The translations under genes were made by a program, and so were the position numbers. A stretch of DNA of 24,000 nucleotides. Source: Reyranella sp. GTDB taxonomy: Bacteria; Pseudomonadota; Alphaproteobacteria; Reyranellales; Reyranellaceae. The stretch covers positions 95,447 to 119,446 of the forward strand of contig NZ_SCUT01000030.1 of the NCBI RefSeq assembly GCF_004297265.1, given 5' to 3'. The notes beneath the pieces are model-generated. The model did no database searches and was not told the DNA's origin. It saw only the letters and a list, made by a program, of their open reading frames with translations. Position 1 is the first letter of the stretch; each line of letters opens with the position of its first letter. Shown here piece by piece: positions 10,587-18,853 of the stretch.

Positions 10587-12164
10587 TCAGATCGCGCGAC
10601 GTCCGCGGAAGCGGAGCACCTTGCCGCGCAGGCTCGGATCGACGCGCGGCAGGCCGGCAAGCACCTGGCTGCAGAACGGGTTGATGTTGGCCCCGACATA
10701 GTCGGTGAACAGCGGCCAGAACCGGTTGTAGATCACGTTCACGCCGACGAAGCGACGCGGGGTCCGCCGGCCCGGGGGCCGCGTTTCCGCCTCGGTCGAG
10801 GTCGCCTGCCTGAAGAGCTTCGTCACGACCTTGAGGCGCCTGGCGTCGAGCGGGCCGGCCTGCCGTCCGATCCGGATCGGCTCTTCCGGACTCTGCGTCG
10901 CCAGGCCGAACTCGAAGATGAACATCTCGGCCCGCGGGAGCAGATCCTCGAAGGCCCCCCTCTCCAGTCCTTCCAGATCCGACGGCAGCCCTTCGCACTC
11001 GTTCGGCACCAGGATCGGACCGGTGAAACCCATGGCCCGCCACGCCGTCAGGAACCGCTCGACGAACTCCTTGCGCGTTGCGACGATCATCACCGATGTC
11101 GAGCGCGGATAGGTCAGCATCTGATCGGCCACGAAGGGCAGCGTGTGGTCGATATCGTAGGTGAGATCGTCGTAGAGGAACCATTCGAGGCTCGTCGACG
11201 TGTACGGCACCTTGGCCGGCTTCAGCGCCGCATCGAGCCCTGCCGTGAAGCGCTGGTAGGACGTCTCGCGGTCGAGCCTCACTTCCTCGATCTCGACATC
11301 CGGCCAGCCCCAGTTATCGGCCTGCTCCGGCACATAGGGCGTCGACACGTTCCAGATGTACTGGTCCTGGTCGTTCATCCGCGTCTGCCGGCCCTTGTTG
11401 TTGGCGGCGGCGACGCGGGTGTGATCGCAGTGATACCCGAAGACCTTGTCGATCAGCGTGTCCACGCGTCCGCGATACAGGGCAAGGCGCGCGGCCAGGT
11501 TCGAATCGCAATGCCAGCCCAGCAGCATCGATTCGTCGAAGCCATGGATGGCGAACATGTCCTCGCGAAGCGCCGCCTGGAAATCACCCAGCGCGTCGTA
11601 CTTCATGGGCATGAAGTTATGGACGACCTGATTGAGATGGTAGCGGACCGACCAGTCCCGCAACTTCTCGAGATTGCCGGCGGGATCGCGGCGATCGAAG
11701 GCCGCCTCCCACAGCATCTCCGGCAACTCGAAGCGCGGGATCTGGTAGAAGCCGTCCGGCACAGAGCCCAGGATATCGCTGAGCGACTCGCCCGGGGTGC
11801 GCGAAACCAGAAGCATGTCGGTGTTGGTATAGAGGACCCACCGGTTCCTCGGATTCGACCGGCGCAGCGCCACGTTGCGCGACTGGGCTTCCAGCGCGAC
11901 CAGGTGGGTCTTCGACTTCAGATGCGCATGCTGCTCGGGGCGAATCCGCAGGATCCGGATGACCTTCTTGGCCTTCTCGGTCAGCGTGTCGTGGATCGCC
12001 TCGGGAAACGTCGGATGATCGTCGGGCGTGTTGTAGTCGACGAAGAGAATCTCGTCGTCCGGATCCGACATCACTTCGGCGAGGGCATTGAAGCTGATGG
12101 CCGCCCGCTTGTGCAGGTTGTAGCCGTGCGTGTCGTTGCGGCCGTAGATGATGACGGAAAACAT
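10587..12164 (-). CDS. Atypical GT-A-like glycosyltransferase domain (~250 aa) plus ~275-aa C-terminal region of unknown function
   Basis: ATG at 12162-12164 with a GAGG RBS. N-terminus MFSVIIYGRNDTHGYN resembles the GT2-type first strand. A single-Asp DXD-like site (YTNTDMLL) and a GT-A C-terminal motif (GDFQAALREDMFAIHGFDESMLLGWHCDSNLAARL, compare gWGgEDxdLxxRl). No TM segment. Function is inferred from motif resemblance only. Confidence 0.5.
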   Translation of the reverse strand: MFSVIIYGRNDTHGYNLHKRAAISFNALAEVMSDPDDEILFVDYNTPDDHPTFPEAIHDTLTEKAKKVIRILRIRPEQHAHLKSKTHLVALEAQSRNVALRRSNPRNRWVLYTNTDMLLVSRTPGESLSDILGSVPDGFYQIPRFELPEMLWEAAFDRRDPAGNLEKLRDWSVRYHLNQVVHNFMPMKYDALGDFQAALREDMFAIHGFDESMLLGWHCDSNLAARLALYRGRVDTLIDKVFGYHCDHTRVAAANNKGRQTRMNDQDQYIWNVSTPYVPEQADNWGWPDVEIEEVRLDRETSYQRFTAGLDAALKPAKVPYTSTSLEWFLYDDLTYDIDHTLPFVADQMLTYPRSTSVMIVATRKEFVERFLTAWRAMGFTGPILVPNECEGLPSDLEGLERGAFEDLLPRAEMFIFEFGLATQSPEEPIRIGRQAGPLDARRLKVVTKLFRQATSTEAETRPPGRRTPRRFVGVNVIYNRFWPLFTDYVGANINPFCSQVLAGLPRVDPSLRGKVLRFRGRRAI

Positions 12165-12189
12165 GGGACCTCGCGTGACGGGCGATCAG

Positions 12190-13323
12190 TCAGGAAGCGG
12201 AACGTGCCAGCTCGTTGCGGGCTGCAGCATACTCCACGAGCGTCGGGAGGCCGATGTCCACCACCTGCTGCCAATACGAACGGGCAGCGGACCGGTCCCT
12301 GCCATGGGCGGCGACGCCGAGCTGGAACAGCGCTTCGGCACGACGACCGGCGGTGTCGGCCCGGCCCAGCAGCTCTGATTCAGAAGCCGCTCCGGATTGC
12401 AAAGCCAGCAGCGACGCGACCCAGGAATCCCCGTCGACGATGCCGTCGGAGGACAGAGGCCGCCCAAGACGGAGCAACGCCGTGCGCAGGTACACCGTCC
12501 AGTAGGGATCACGCCTGTCGTTCCTCACCATCATCTCGAGATGGGGCAACGCGGCATCATAGTCGGCCAGGCGCAGGGCGACATAGGCGGCGGCGGAGGG
12601 ACGCCCTCCCAGCAGCCCGAGTTGCTGCCGCCAGTCGGCGTTCGCCTGGTCGATGTGCCCGAGCGCCATGTGCGCAATCCCCCGGGCATTCAAGGCTTCC
12701 GCGTCCTTCGCCCGCGCGGCGAGTACCCGGTCGAGGGCCTCGATGGCGGCCGCGTACTGGCCAAGCGCGGACAGGGCCTCGCCCTTCAGCGCGAGGGCGT
12801 CGAGCGAATTGGGATGAAGCTTCAGCGTGCGTTCATAGTCGGCCAGCGCAAGATCGGGCTGCCCGTCGGCAAGATAGGCATTCCCGCGCGCGAGGTGCGG
12901 CAGGGCAAATTTCTTGAGGGACTTCAGGACCCTCGTGTAGGCGACGATCTCGGCGGTGTGCGATCCCTGCTGGCGCAGGACGAAGTGCCGGTCGGGCGCC
13001 CCTGCCCGCCCCGCCTGCCTGAGCTTGCGGGCCTGCTCGTATCTCGCCGAAGCCGCAGCCGTGTCGCCGCTCATGTCGAGGGCCTCGCCTTCGGCCTCGA
13101 TCGCATCCGAAAAAGCAGGGGAGATTGCAATCGCCTGCCGAAGCAGACGGATGGCCGTCTCGGCGTCACCGGTGCGAAAAAGCGCGGTCGCCCGCAGGAA
13201 GAGATGTTCCGCTTCGCCGCCGTTGCTGCCCGCGACCCATTCGTCGGCCGATTGCCGTCGCCGCGTCCCCAGCACCTCTCGCAGGCTTCCCGACAAGCGC
13301 AACAACATCCCTGAGTTACTCAC
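12190..13323 (-). CDS. Tetratricopeptide-repeat (TPR) protein, soluble
   Basis: Repeated 34-aa TPR-like units (for example ARGNAYLADGQPDLALADYERTLKLHPNS, LALKGEALSALGQYAAAIEALDRVLAA, NARGIAHMALGHIDQANADW). GTG start at 13323 with an AGGAG RBS 7 nt upstream (alternative ATG at 13308). It ends 25 nt upstream of the 525-aa GT-like gene on the same strand. Confidence 0.8.
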   Translation of the reverse strand: MSNSGMLLRLSGSLREVLGTRRRQSADEWVAGSNGGEAEHLFLRATALFRTGDAETAIRLLRQAIAISPAFSDAIEAEGEALDMSGDTAAASARYEQARKLRQAGRAGAPDRHFVLRQQGSHTAEIVAYTRVLKSLKKFALPHLARGNAYLADGQPDLALADYERTLKLHPNSLDALALKGEALSALGQYAAAIEALDRVLAARAKDAEALNARGIAHMALGHIDQANADWRQQLGLLGGRPSAAAYVALRLADYDAALPHLEMMVRNDRRDPYWTVYLRTALLRLGRPLSSDGIVDGDSWVASLLALQSGAASESELLGRADTAGRRAEALFQLGVAAHGRDRSAARSYWQQVVDIGLPTLVEYAAARNELARSAS

Positions 13324-13524
13324 ACAAATGCTCCTGCACGGTACGGGACCGAATAAGCCGCCAAGACGGTGGGGGCCCTATTCTGCCCCGAGATCACACG
13401 CAGAACTGCCGGAAAGCTCCGATGACCCGCCAAAACCGCCATTTCGGCCTGTCCGCTAACTTAGCGTCGCGGGAACGTCAAGGCACCCGGATCGCCCACA
13501 AGGTGCGTCGCCCCGTCGGCGCAA

Positions 13525-13553
13525 TTGACGGAATTCTACCGCGCCGATAACAA
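13525..13553 (+). promoter_or_regulatory. Candidate sigma70-type promoter for the GT354 / nucleotidyltransferase-phosphatase operon
   Basis: TTGACG (13525-13530), 17-nt spacer, TAACAA (13548-13553), about 50 nt upstream of the ATG at 13602. The -10 element is weak. This is a pattern match only. Confidence 0.2.
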
Positions 13554-13601
13554 ACCGGCCCACATAACCGGCGATTCAGCCGTCCGAGCAGGTGTCAACG
13601 A

Positions 13602-14666
13602 ATGAATGCCCCGCCCTATCTCAGCATCGTTGGCTGGGCACGGAACGACGGCTACACGCCGAATTACGCAAAACGCCTCGAACACTCCATAGGCTTTCTC
13701 GTCCGCCAGCTCGACAGGCACAGGATCCCCTCCGAGGTGATCGTCGTGGAATGGAACCCGCCGCCGGGGAGTCCTCTTCTCGCAGACCAGATGAATGGTT
13801 TCCTCGGCGGCACATCCCACGCCAGCGTGCGGTTCATCGTCGTGCCCCCGCAATTCCATCGTGGCCCGCGAGGCTGGCAGAAGCGCGGGATGCACGTGAA
13901 CAACGCGGCGAATGTCGGCTTCCGGCGGGCTCGGGGGCGCTTCGTGACGCCCAAAGCCCTGGATACCTTCTATTCGGACAAGCTCGTCTCGACGATCGGC
14001 CGGCTCGATCTCGACGACCGGCGCGTCTATCGCTGTGACAGGCTCGATGCACGCATGGAGGCCGAGTCCTGGCTCGACCTTGCGGATGACGAACTCCTGG
14101 CCGCGCTGGCACGGCATGTCGTCCTCAGGAACGGGCGGCTGACCCACAGCATCGACTGGAAGATGCGGGACCTTCACACGAATGCCTGCGGTGACTTCAT
14201 CCTCATGTCCACGCCGCGGTGGCACGAAATCCGTGGGTACCAGAAGGATCCGACGGTCCTCTGTCTGGATTCGGACTCGATCGCGCTCCATGCCGCGGCC
14301 GCGCATGGAGCGTCCGAGGTCCACTGGCAGGAAGAGTGCATCTACAAGGTGGTGCATGGAAACACCCACGCGCAACGCGTGGCCACGATCTGGAAGGACT
14401 GGCAACTCAAACTTGACCACTACCTGATCTTGCGCCACCGGCGGGAGCTGGCGATGAATCTCCGGGTGTGGCTCAACTATCCCCGCCGGCGCGTCCGTGG
14501 CCTGGAGGAGATTCTGGCTCCCTCGATCGAACGCCACTTCGTCGCCAAAGCCGCTCGATACGCGAAGAACGACACCTCCCTCGTCACGAACGATGCCGAC
14601 TGGGGCTTGGCCCGCGAGTCACTGTCCGATCGGACCGTGGTTCGCGCCGCCTGGGACACGCCATGA
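13602..14666 (+). CDS. Atypical GT-A-like glycosyltransferase, distant paralog of the 525-aa protein
   Basis: 354 aa. By eye it aligns with the N-terminal half of the 10587..12164 product: LSIVGWARNDGYTPNY vs SVIIYGRNDTHGYNL; VIVVEWNPPPG vs ILFVDYNTPDD; CGDFILMSTPRWHEIRGY vs LGDFQAALREDMFAIHGF; LCLDSDSIALHAA vs LGWHCDSNLAARL. The stop overlaps the next start (ATGA at 14663-14666). Confidence 0.5.
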   Translation: MNAPPYLSIVGWARNDGYTPNYAKRLEHSIGFLVRQLDRHRIPSEVIVVEWNPPPGSPLLADQMNGFLGGTSHASVRFIVVPPQFHRGPRGWQKRGMHVNNAANVGFRRARGRFVTPKALDTFYSDKLVSTIGRLDLDDRRVYRCDRLDARMEAESWLDLADDELLAALARHVVLRNGRLTHSIDWKMRDLHTNACGDFILMSTPRWHEIRGYQKDPTVLCLDSDSIALHAAAAHGASEVHWQEECIYKVVHGNTHAQRVATIWKDWQLKLDHYLILRHRRELAMNLRVWLNYPRRRVRGLEEILAPSIERHFVAKAARYAKNDTSLVTNDADWGLARESLSDRTVVRAAWDTP

Positions 14667-15880
14667 CCGTCCGGCAGGTCGTTTGCCTGGTCGGCGGTCG
14701 CGGGACCCGCCTCGGCCCGCTCACCCAGAACATGCCGAAGCCTCTTCTGGAGGTCGGCGGCCGCCCCTTCCTCGACTATCTGATCGACGAGGCAAACCGC
14801 TTCGGCCTCCAGCGACTGCTGCTGCTGGCCGGGCATAGTGCCGGCGAAGTCGTGCGGCACTATGCCGGCAAGGTCGTCGGCGGACTGTCGATCGACGTGA
14901 TCGTCGAAACGGCTCCCGCGGGGACTGCCGGTGCTCTGGCCAATGCCGCGGCCTCGCTCGATCCGACCTTCTTCCTGGCCAACGGCGATTCCTTCTTCGG
15001 CTTCAACTGGCTGTCCCTCGTGCCGGCGCTGGACCGGGACGACTGGACGGTCCATCTCGCGCTCGCGCGCGGCGTCCGGGGAGGACGCTACGGTCGCCTG
15101 GAAACCCGGGGCAATCGCATATCGAGGTTCCTGCCCAAGGCGGATAGCGACCTGCCGATAAATGCCGGCGTGTATCTCGTCCGGCGCCGGATCCTCGACC
15201 GGATCCGGGAAATCCCCTGCTCGCTCGAGGACGATATTCTTCCGCCTCTCGCCTCGGAAGGCGAACTCCTGGGAACCGCCGCGGAGGGCACATTCATCGA
15301 CATCGGTGTTCCCGACGATTTTGCGCGTTCACAGCAGGCCATGCCGGCCTTCACGCGCCGGCCGGCGGCCTTCCTCGACCGGGATGGCGTGATCAATCAC
15401 GACGACAATTATGTGCATCGGCCGGAGCAGATACGCTGGATCGACGGCGCGAAAGAGGCGGTCCGCTGGCTGAACGATACCGGATACTATGTGTTCGCCG
15501 TCACGAACCAGGCCGGAGTCGCGCGCGGCTACTATGGCGAGGACGCCGTAAACTCGCTCCATGCCTGGATGCAGGGCCAACTGCAGGCCGCCGGGGCACA
15601 CGTGGATTGCTTCGAGTACTGCCCCTATCACCCCGAGGGTACCGTCGAGCGATATCGACGGGTTTCCGAGATGCGCAAGCCGGGACCGGGGATGATCCTC
15701 AAGATCAGAAGAGAGTGGAACATCGACTGGGATCGATCATTCATGATCGGCGATCGCGACATCGACATGCAGGCGGCGGAGGCGGCCGGTATCGCCGGCT
15801 ACCGGTTCCCCGGCGGCAACCTCCTGGATTTCGTCAGGATGCACGCGCCGGCGAAACGAAGAAATCCCTCTTCGCGTTGA
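14663..15880 (+). CDS. Bifunctional sugar-1-phosphate nucleotidyltransferase (HddC/ManC-like) / D,D-heptose 1,7-bisphosphate phosphatase (GmhB-like, HAD-IIIA)
   Basis: ATG at 14663 inside listed ORF 14468..15880. The N-terminal domain has GGRGTRLGPLTQNMPKPLLEV (NTP_transferase). The C-terminal domain, from about nt 15355, matches GmhB motif for motif: FLDRDGVIN, VTNQAGVARG, YCPYHPEG, RKPGPGM, IGDRDIDMQAAEAAG. Confidence 0.8.
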   Translation: MTVRQVVCLVGGRGTRLGPLTQNMPKPLLEVGGRPFLDYLIDEANRFGLQRLLLLAGHSAGEVVRHYAGKVVGGLSIDVIVETAPAGTAGALANAAASLDPTFFLANGDSFFGFNWLSLVPALDRDDWTVHLALARGVRGGRYGRLETRGNRISRFLPKADSDLPINAGVYLVRRRILDRIREIPCSLEDDILPPLASEGELLGTAAEGTFIDIGVPDDFARSQQAMPAFTRRPAAFLDRDGVINHDDNYVHRPEQIRWIDGAKEAVRWLNDTGYYVFAVTNQAGVARGYYGEDAVNSLHAWMQGQLQAAGAHVDCFEYCPYHPEGTVERYRRVSEMRKPGPGMILKIRREWNIDWDRSFMIGDRDIDMQAAEAAGIAGYRFPGGNLLDFVRMHAPAKRRNPSSR

Positions 15881-16808
15881 TTTCCAGCACTCTTTCCACG
15901 ATTTCGGGGGGCAAGGGTCCCTGATCGCTCGCTGCGGCGTTCGTCTCGGCTTCCGCCGGGTGCAGCACGCCCGGAATGACGCTCGAGACGCCGTCGAACG
16001 AAAGGCAGAAGCGCAAGGCGCTCAGCACGGCCTCCCGTCCCGGTGTCGCCGAGACCGCCGATATCAGATCGCGCGCTCCATCGATCCAGTTGTCGAGCTG
16101 GACGCGCGACCACGCCGCCCGATGGTCACCGGCGGCGAAGGCGGTCGACCGGTCGATCGTACCCGTGAGGAAGCCAAAGCAAAGCGGCGTTCGAGCGATG
16201 AACGCCGCCCCCTGCCGAATGACTTCCTGAAGCAGTCCCTCCGTGACGACGCGAACATCCATCATGTTGAAGTTGGCCTGAACGATGGGCGCGCGGGCGA
16301 CACGCAGCGCTTCGACCGCCCCTCCCGGATTCTTCGCGGAGACGCCCCAGGCCCGGATTTTCCCCTCGGCTAGCAACGAGGCGATCACCTCCCTGGTCTC
16401 GTCCGCGGACAGAACGTCCGAAGGAGGATTGTGGAGCTGCAGGACGTCGAGATAATCCGTCCCCAGGCGCTTCAGGCTGAGTTCTGTCGAGCGCCTGATG
16501 GCGGCGGCCGAGAAATCCGCCGGCTTCGTCCAATCGTCGTAGCCGGCCTTGGTGGCGATCACGGCCTTGTCCCGCCCGCCCGCCACCGCCCTGCCGATCA
16601 GGACCTCGCTATGCCCTGAACCGTAGGCACTGGACGTGTCGAAGAAAGTGATCCCGAGGTCCAGCGCCCGTCGAAGCGCCGCCAGGGACTGGGCGTCATC
16701 CGTATCGCCGTACGAGGTTGCACCGGCCGTTCTGCCACCGATCCCCCAGGCACCGAATCCGACCTCCGAGACCAGAATTCCGGTCTCGCCCAGCTTACGA
16801 TATTTCAT
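15834..16808 (-). CDS. Aldo/keto reductase
   Basis: Internal ATG at 16806-16808 gives MKYRKLGETGILVSEVGFGAW. The AKR tetrad context is present (DTSSAYG, IATK, LQLHNP). It starts 14 nt after the radical SAM stop with a GAGG RBS. The 3' end overlaps the convergent gene by 47 nt. Confidence 0.9.
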   Translation of the reverse strand: MKYRKLGETGILVSEVGFGAWGIGGRTAGATSYGDTDDAQSLAALRRALDLGITFFDTSSAYGSGHSEVLIGRAVAGGRDKAVIATKAGYDDWTKPADFSAAAIRRSTELSLKRLGTDYLDVLQLHNPPSDVLSADETREVIASLLAEGKIRAWGVSAKNPGGAVEALRVARAPIVQANFNMMDVRVVTEGLLQEVIRQGAAFIARTPLCFGFLTGTIDRSTAFAAGDHRAAWSRVQLDNWIDGARDLISAVSATPGREAVLSALRFCLSFDGVSSVIPGVLHPAEAETNAAASDQGPLPPEIVERVLEINAKRDFFVSPARAS

Positions 16809-16822
16809 CGCCTCGATCGCGG

Positions 16823-18853
16823 TCAGTAGTGTCCGGCCAGCTCGGGCGTGATCTCGACGGCGCGCGGCGAATAGAGATAGGCGCCCTTCTTGTTGCCCCA
16901 CCAGACGATCTCCCGGCACCACTTCTGGAAGTCGTCGTAGGGCCGGCTCGTGCGGTCGATTTCCACGACGATCGGCACCTTGCGCAGCAGCGCCGGCTCG
17001 CCGCCGCGCACCTTGTTCCAGTAGTCCAGCAGATCGTAGTTGAGCTTCACCTTCACATTGCCCCGGACGAAGGGCTGGTGGACCAACGCATGGTTCAGCT
17101 TAATGGCCTCTTCGACGACCTCGATGGGAAGGCCCGAGCTTCGCGCCTGCACGGTCTCGGACAGCAGCTCGCCGGCTTCGCGGTAGAAGTCGTCGAACTT
17201 CCCGTCGGCCGTCAGCCTGACGAAGATGTACTCGTCTGCCGGCCAGAAGATATTGAGGTATTCCTTCGAGAAGACGTACTCGGAACCACCCTGCTGGATG
17301 GACCGGGCCTCGCTCTCGAAAAAGTCGTTGATCCAGGCGATCGTCGGAAACCGCTTCGCGTCGGCGGCCATGAAGGCCTCGATCATGTCGCGGTAGGAAA
17401 TGCCGGATATACCGTGCGCCAGGATGAGCGGGATCTGGAACAGCTTGTCGAAATGCAGCAGCGCCGTCATCCAGCAGAAGGTGCGCGTGCGGCGCCAGTC
17501 GTCGAGCGGCGTCGCCGCGGTGGCGATGACCAGGTCCTGGACTTCCGGCACATCGTCGTCGAGCTCGATGCGCTCGCCGTGGATGTTGATGATCTTCGAT
17601 TCCACGGTAACCATGCCGTACTTGGCCTGGTAGGCGGGATCGCCCATCTCCGCGTTCGGCAGAATCGACAGGTTGTTGAACTGGATGCGGTTGTGCTGGC
17701 CGTTCTCCATCAGCTGATCGACACCGCGCACGAAGGACTCGTAGGTCTCACCGGGCAGGCCCAGGATCAGGTCCGAGTAGGTCTCGACCTTGTCGCGCGT
17801 GAATCGGCGCTGGAGTTCCATGTAGGTACCGAGCGAGATGTTGTCGCGCTTGATCGCCTCCAGCGTCGGCATGTCGACGCTCTGCATCGACAGGGCGACA
17901 CCCTTGTTCAGGCCGGCGTCGGACAGGATCTTCTGGGTCTCATAGGCCCGTTCCGTGGCGTTCTTGGTGTTCTGGACCGAGAGCGCCACCGGAAAGCCGG
18001 TCTTCGTCTTCACGTCGGCGACGTAGTTGGCGATGTCGACGTCGCGCTTCTGGATGCCGAAGTTGGCATCGCAGCAGAAGATGTACTCGATCTTCTTCTC
18101 GGCGAACCAATCGACCTCGCGATAGAGCCGCTCTTCACCGAACTTGGTGACCTTGCCGGCCGTGGCCGACCCCCAGTCGCAGAAGGTGCAGCGGAACGGG
18201 CAACCGCGGTTGGTTTCCCACAGGCCGATCCAGCTTTCCGTCCGGTTGGCCGCCATGATCTCGTCAAAGGCGCCTTCGAGGAAGGGCGAAGGAATTTCGT
18301 CGAGGTCGCGCACGCGGTCGAGATTCTTGGTGCGGACGAAGCTGCCGTCGGGCTTCACCATGCTGATGCCGGGAATGGCGTCCCAGGTGCTCCGATCGTG
18401 AAATGTCTCCAGGAGCTTCAGGAAAGTCCGCTCGCCCTCATTGTGGACGGCGAGATCGATCTGGCGATTGGCCCGCATGAAGGACTCGGGCTGGTCGGGT
18501 ACGTGCGGCCCACCGAAGATGATGACGATGCCCGGCTTCAACGCCTTCAGGCGACGGGCGATCTCGAGCGAGATCCGGCCGTTCCACACATAGGTGCTGA
18601 AGCCGACGATGTCGGCATCCTTCAGGGCCTCGACCGCATCGGCGATGCGCACGCGCTTGTAGAGCGGCGGCAGGAACCGGTAGAGCTCGGGCTCGGCTGC
18701 AAACTTCTTCACGTAGGTCTGCAGCAACGCGACCGAATATGGCAGATAGTTCTGGCCGGAGAAGGAGTTGTTGATCTGAACCAGGCCGACGACCAAGGCC
18801 CCCGCTCGGGGCGTGGCTTGCGTAGCGGCTTCTGCGGCGTGGGGCGTCGACAT
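16823..18853 (-). CDS. B12-binding-domain radical SAM enzyme (class B-like) with ~255-aa C-terminal extension
   Basis: CxxxCxxC cluster motif in WETNRGCPFRCTFCDWGS (C218/C222/C225 counted from the 18853 start). N-terminal Rossmann-like B12-binding-type domain (ALVVGLVQIN...ADIVGFSTYVW...IIFGGPHV). Start set at ATG 18853 because the 31 upstream codons of the listed ORF are rich in rare A/T-ending codons (tta, cta, caa, tct, aga). Confidence 0.85.
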   Translation of the reverse strand: MSTPHAAEAATQATPRAGALVVGLVQINNSFSGQNYLPYSVALLQTYVKKFAAEPELYRFLPPLYKRVRIADAVEALKDADIVGFSTYVWNGRISLEIARRLKALKPGIVIIFGGPHVPDQPESFMRANRQIDLAVHNEGERTFLKLLETFHDRSTWDAIPGISMVKPDGSFVRTKNLDRVRDLDEIPSPFLEGAFDEIMAANRTESWIGLWETNRGCPFRCTFCDWGSATAGKVTKFGEERLYREVDWFAEKKIEYIFCCDANFGIQKRDVDIANYVADVKTKTGFPVALSVQNTKNATERAYETQKILSDAGLNKGVALSMQSVDMPTLEAIKRDNISLGTYMELQRRFTRDKVETYSDLILGLPGETYESFVRGVDQLMENGQHNRIQFNNLSILPNAEMGDPAYQAKYGMVTVESKIINIHGERIELDDDVPEVQDLVIATAATPLDDWRRTRTFCWMTALLHFDKLFQIPLILAHGISGISYRDMIEAFMAADAKRFPTIAWINDFFESEARSIQQGGSEYVFSKEYLNIFWPADEYIFVRLTADGKFDDFYREAGELLSETVQARSSGLPIEVVEEAIKLNHALVHQPFVRGNVKVKLNYDLLDYWNKVRGGEPALLRKVPIVVEIDRTSRPYDDFQKWCREIVWWGNKKGAYLYSPRAVEITPELAGHY

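Noticed and set aside
10389-12917. Listed 842-aa + ORF. The same reasoning applies to 16718..18925 +, 19162..21069 +, 21018..23087 +, 9015..10436 -, 13536..14537 - and 22072..23130 -
   Set aside because: All are opposite-strand or alternative-frame shadows of genes with clear family motifs. Their translations are dominated by Arg, Pro, Gly, Ala and His runs and have no domain signatures.
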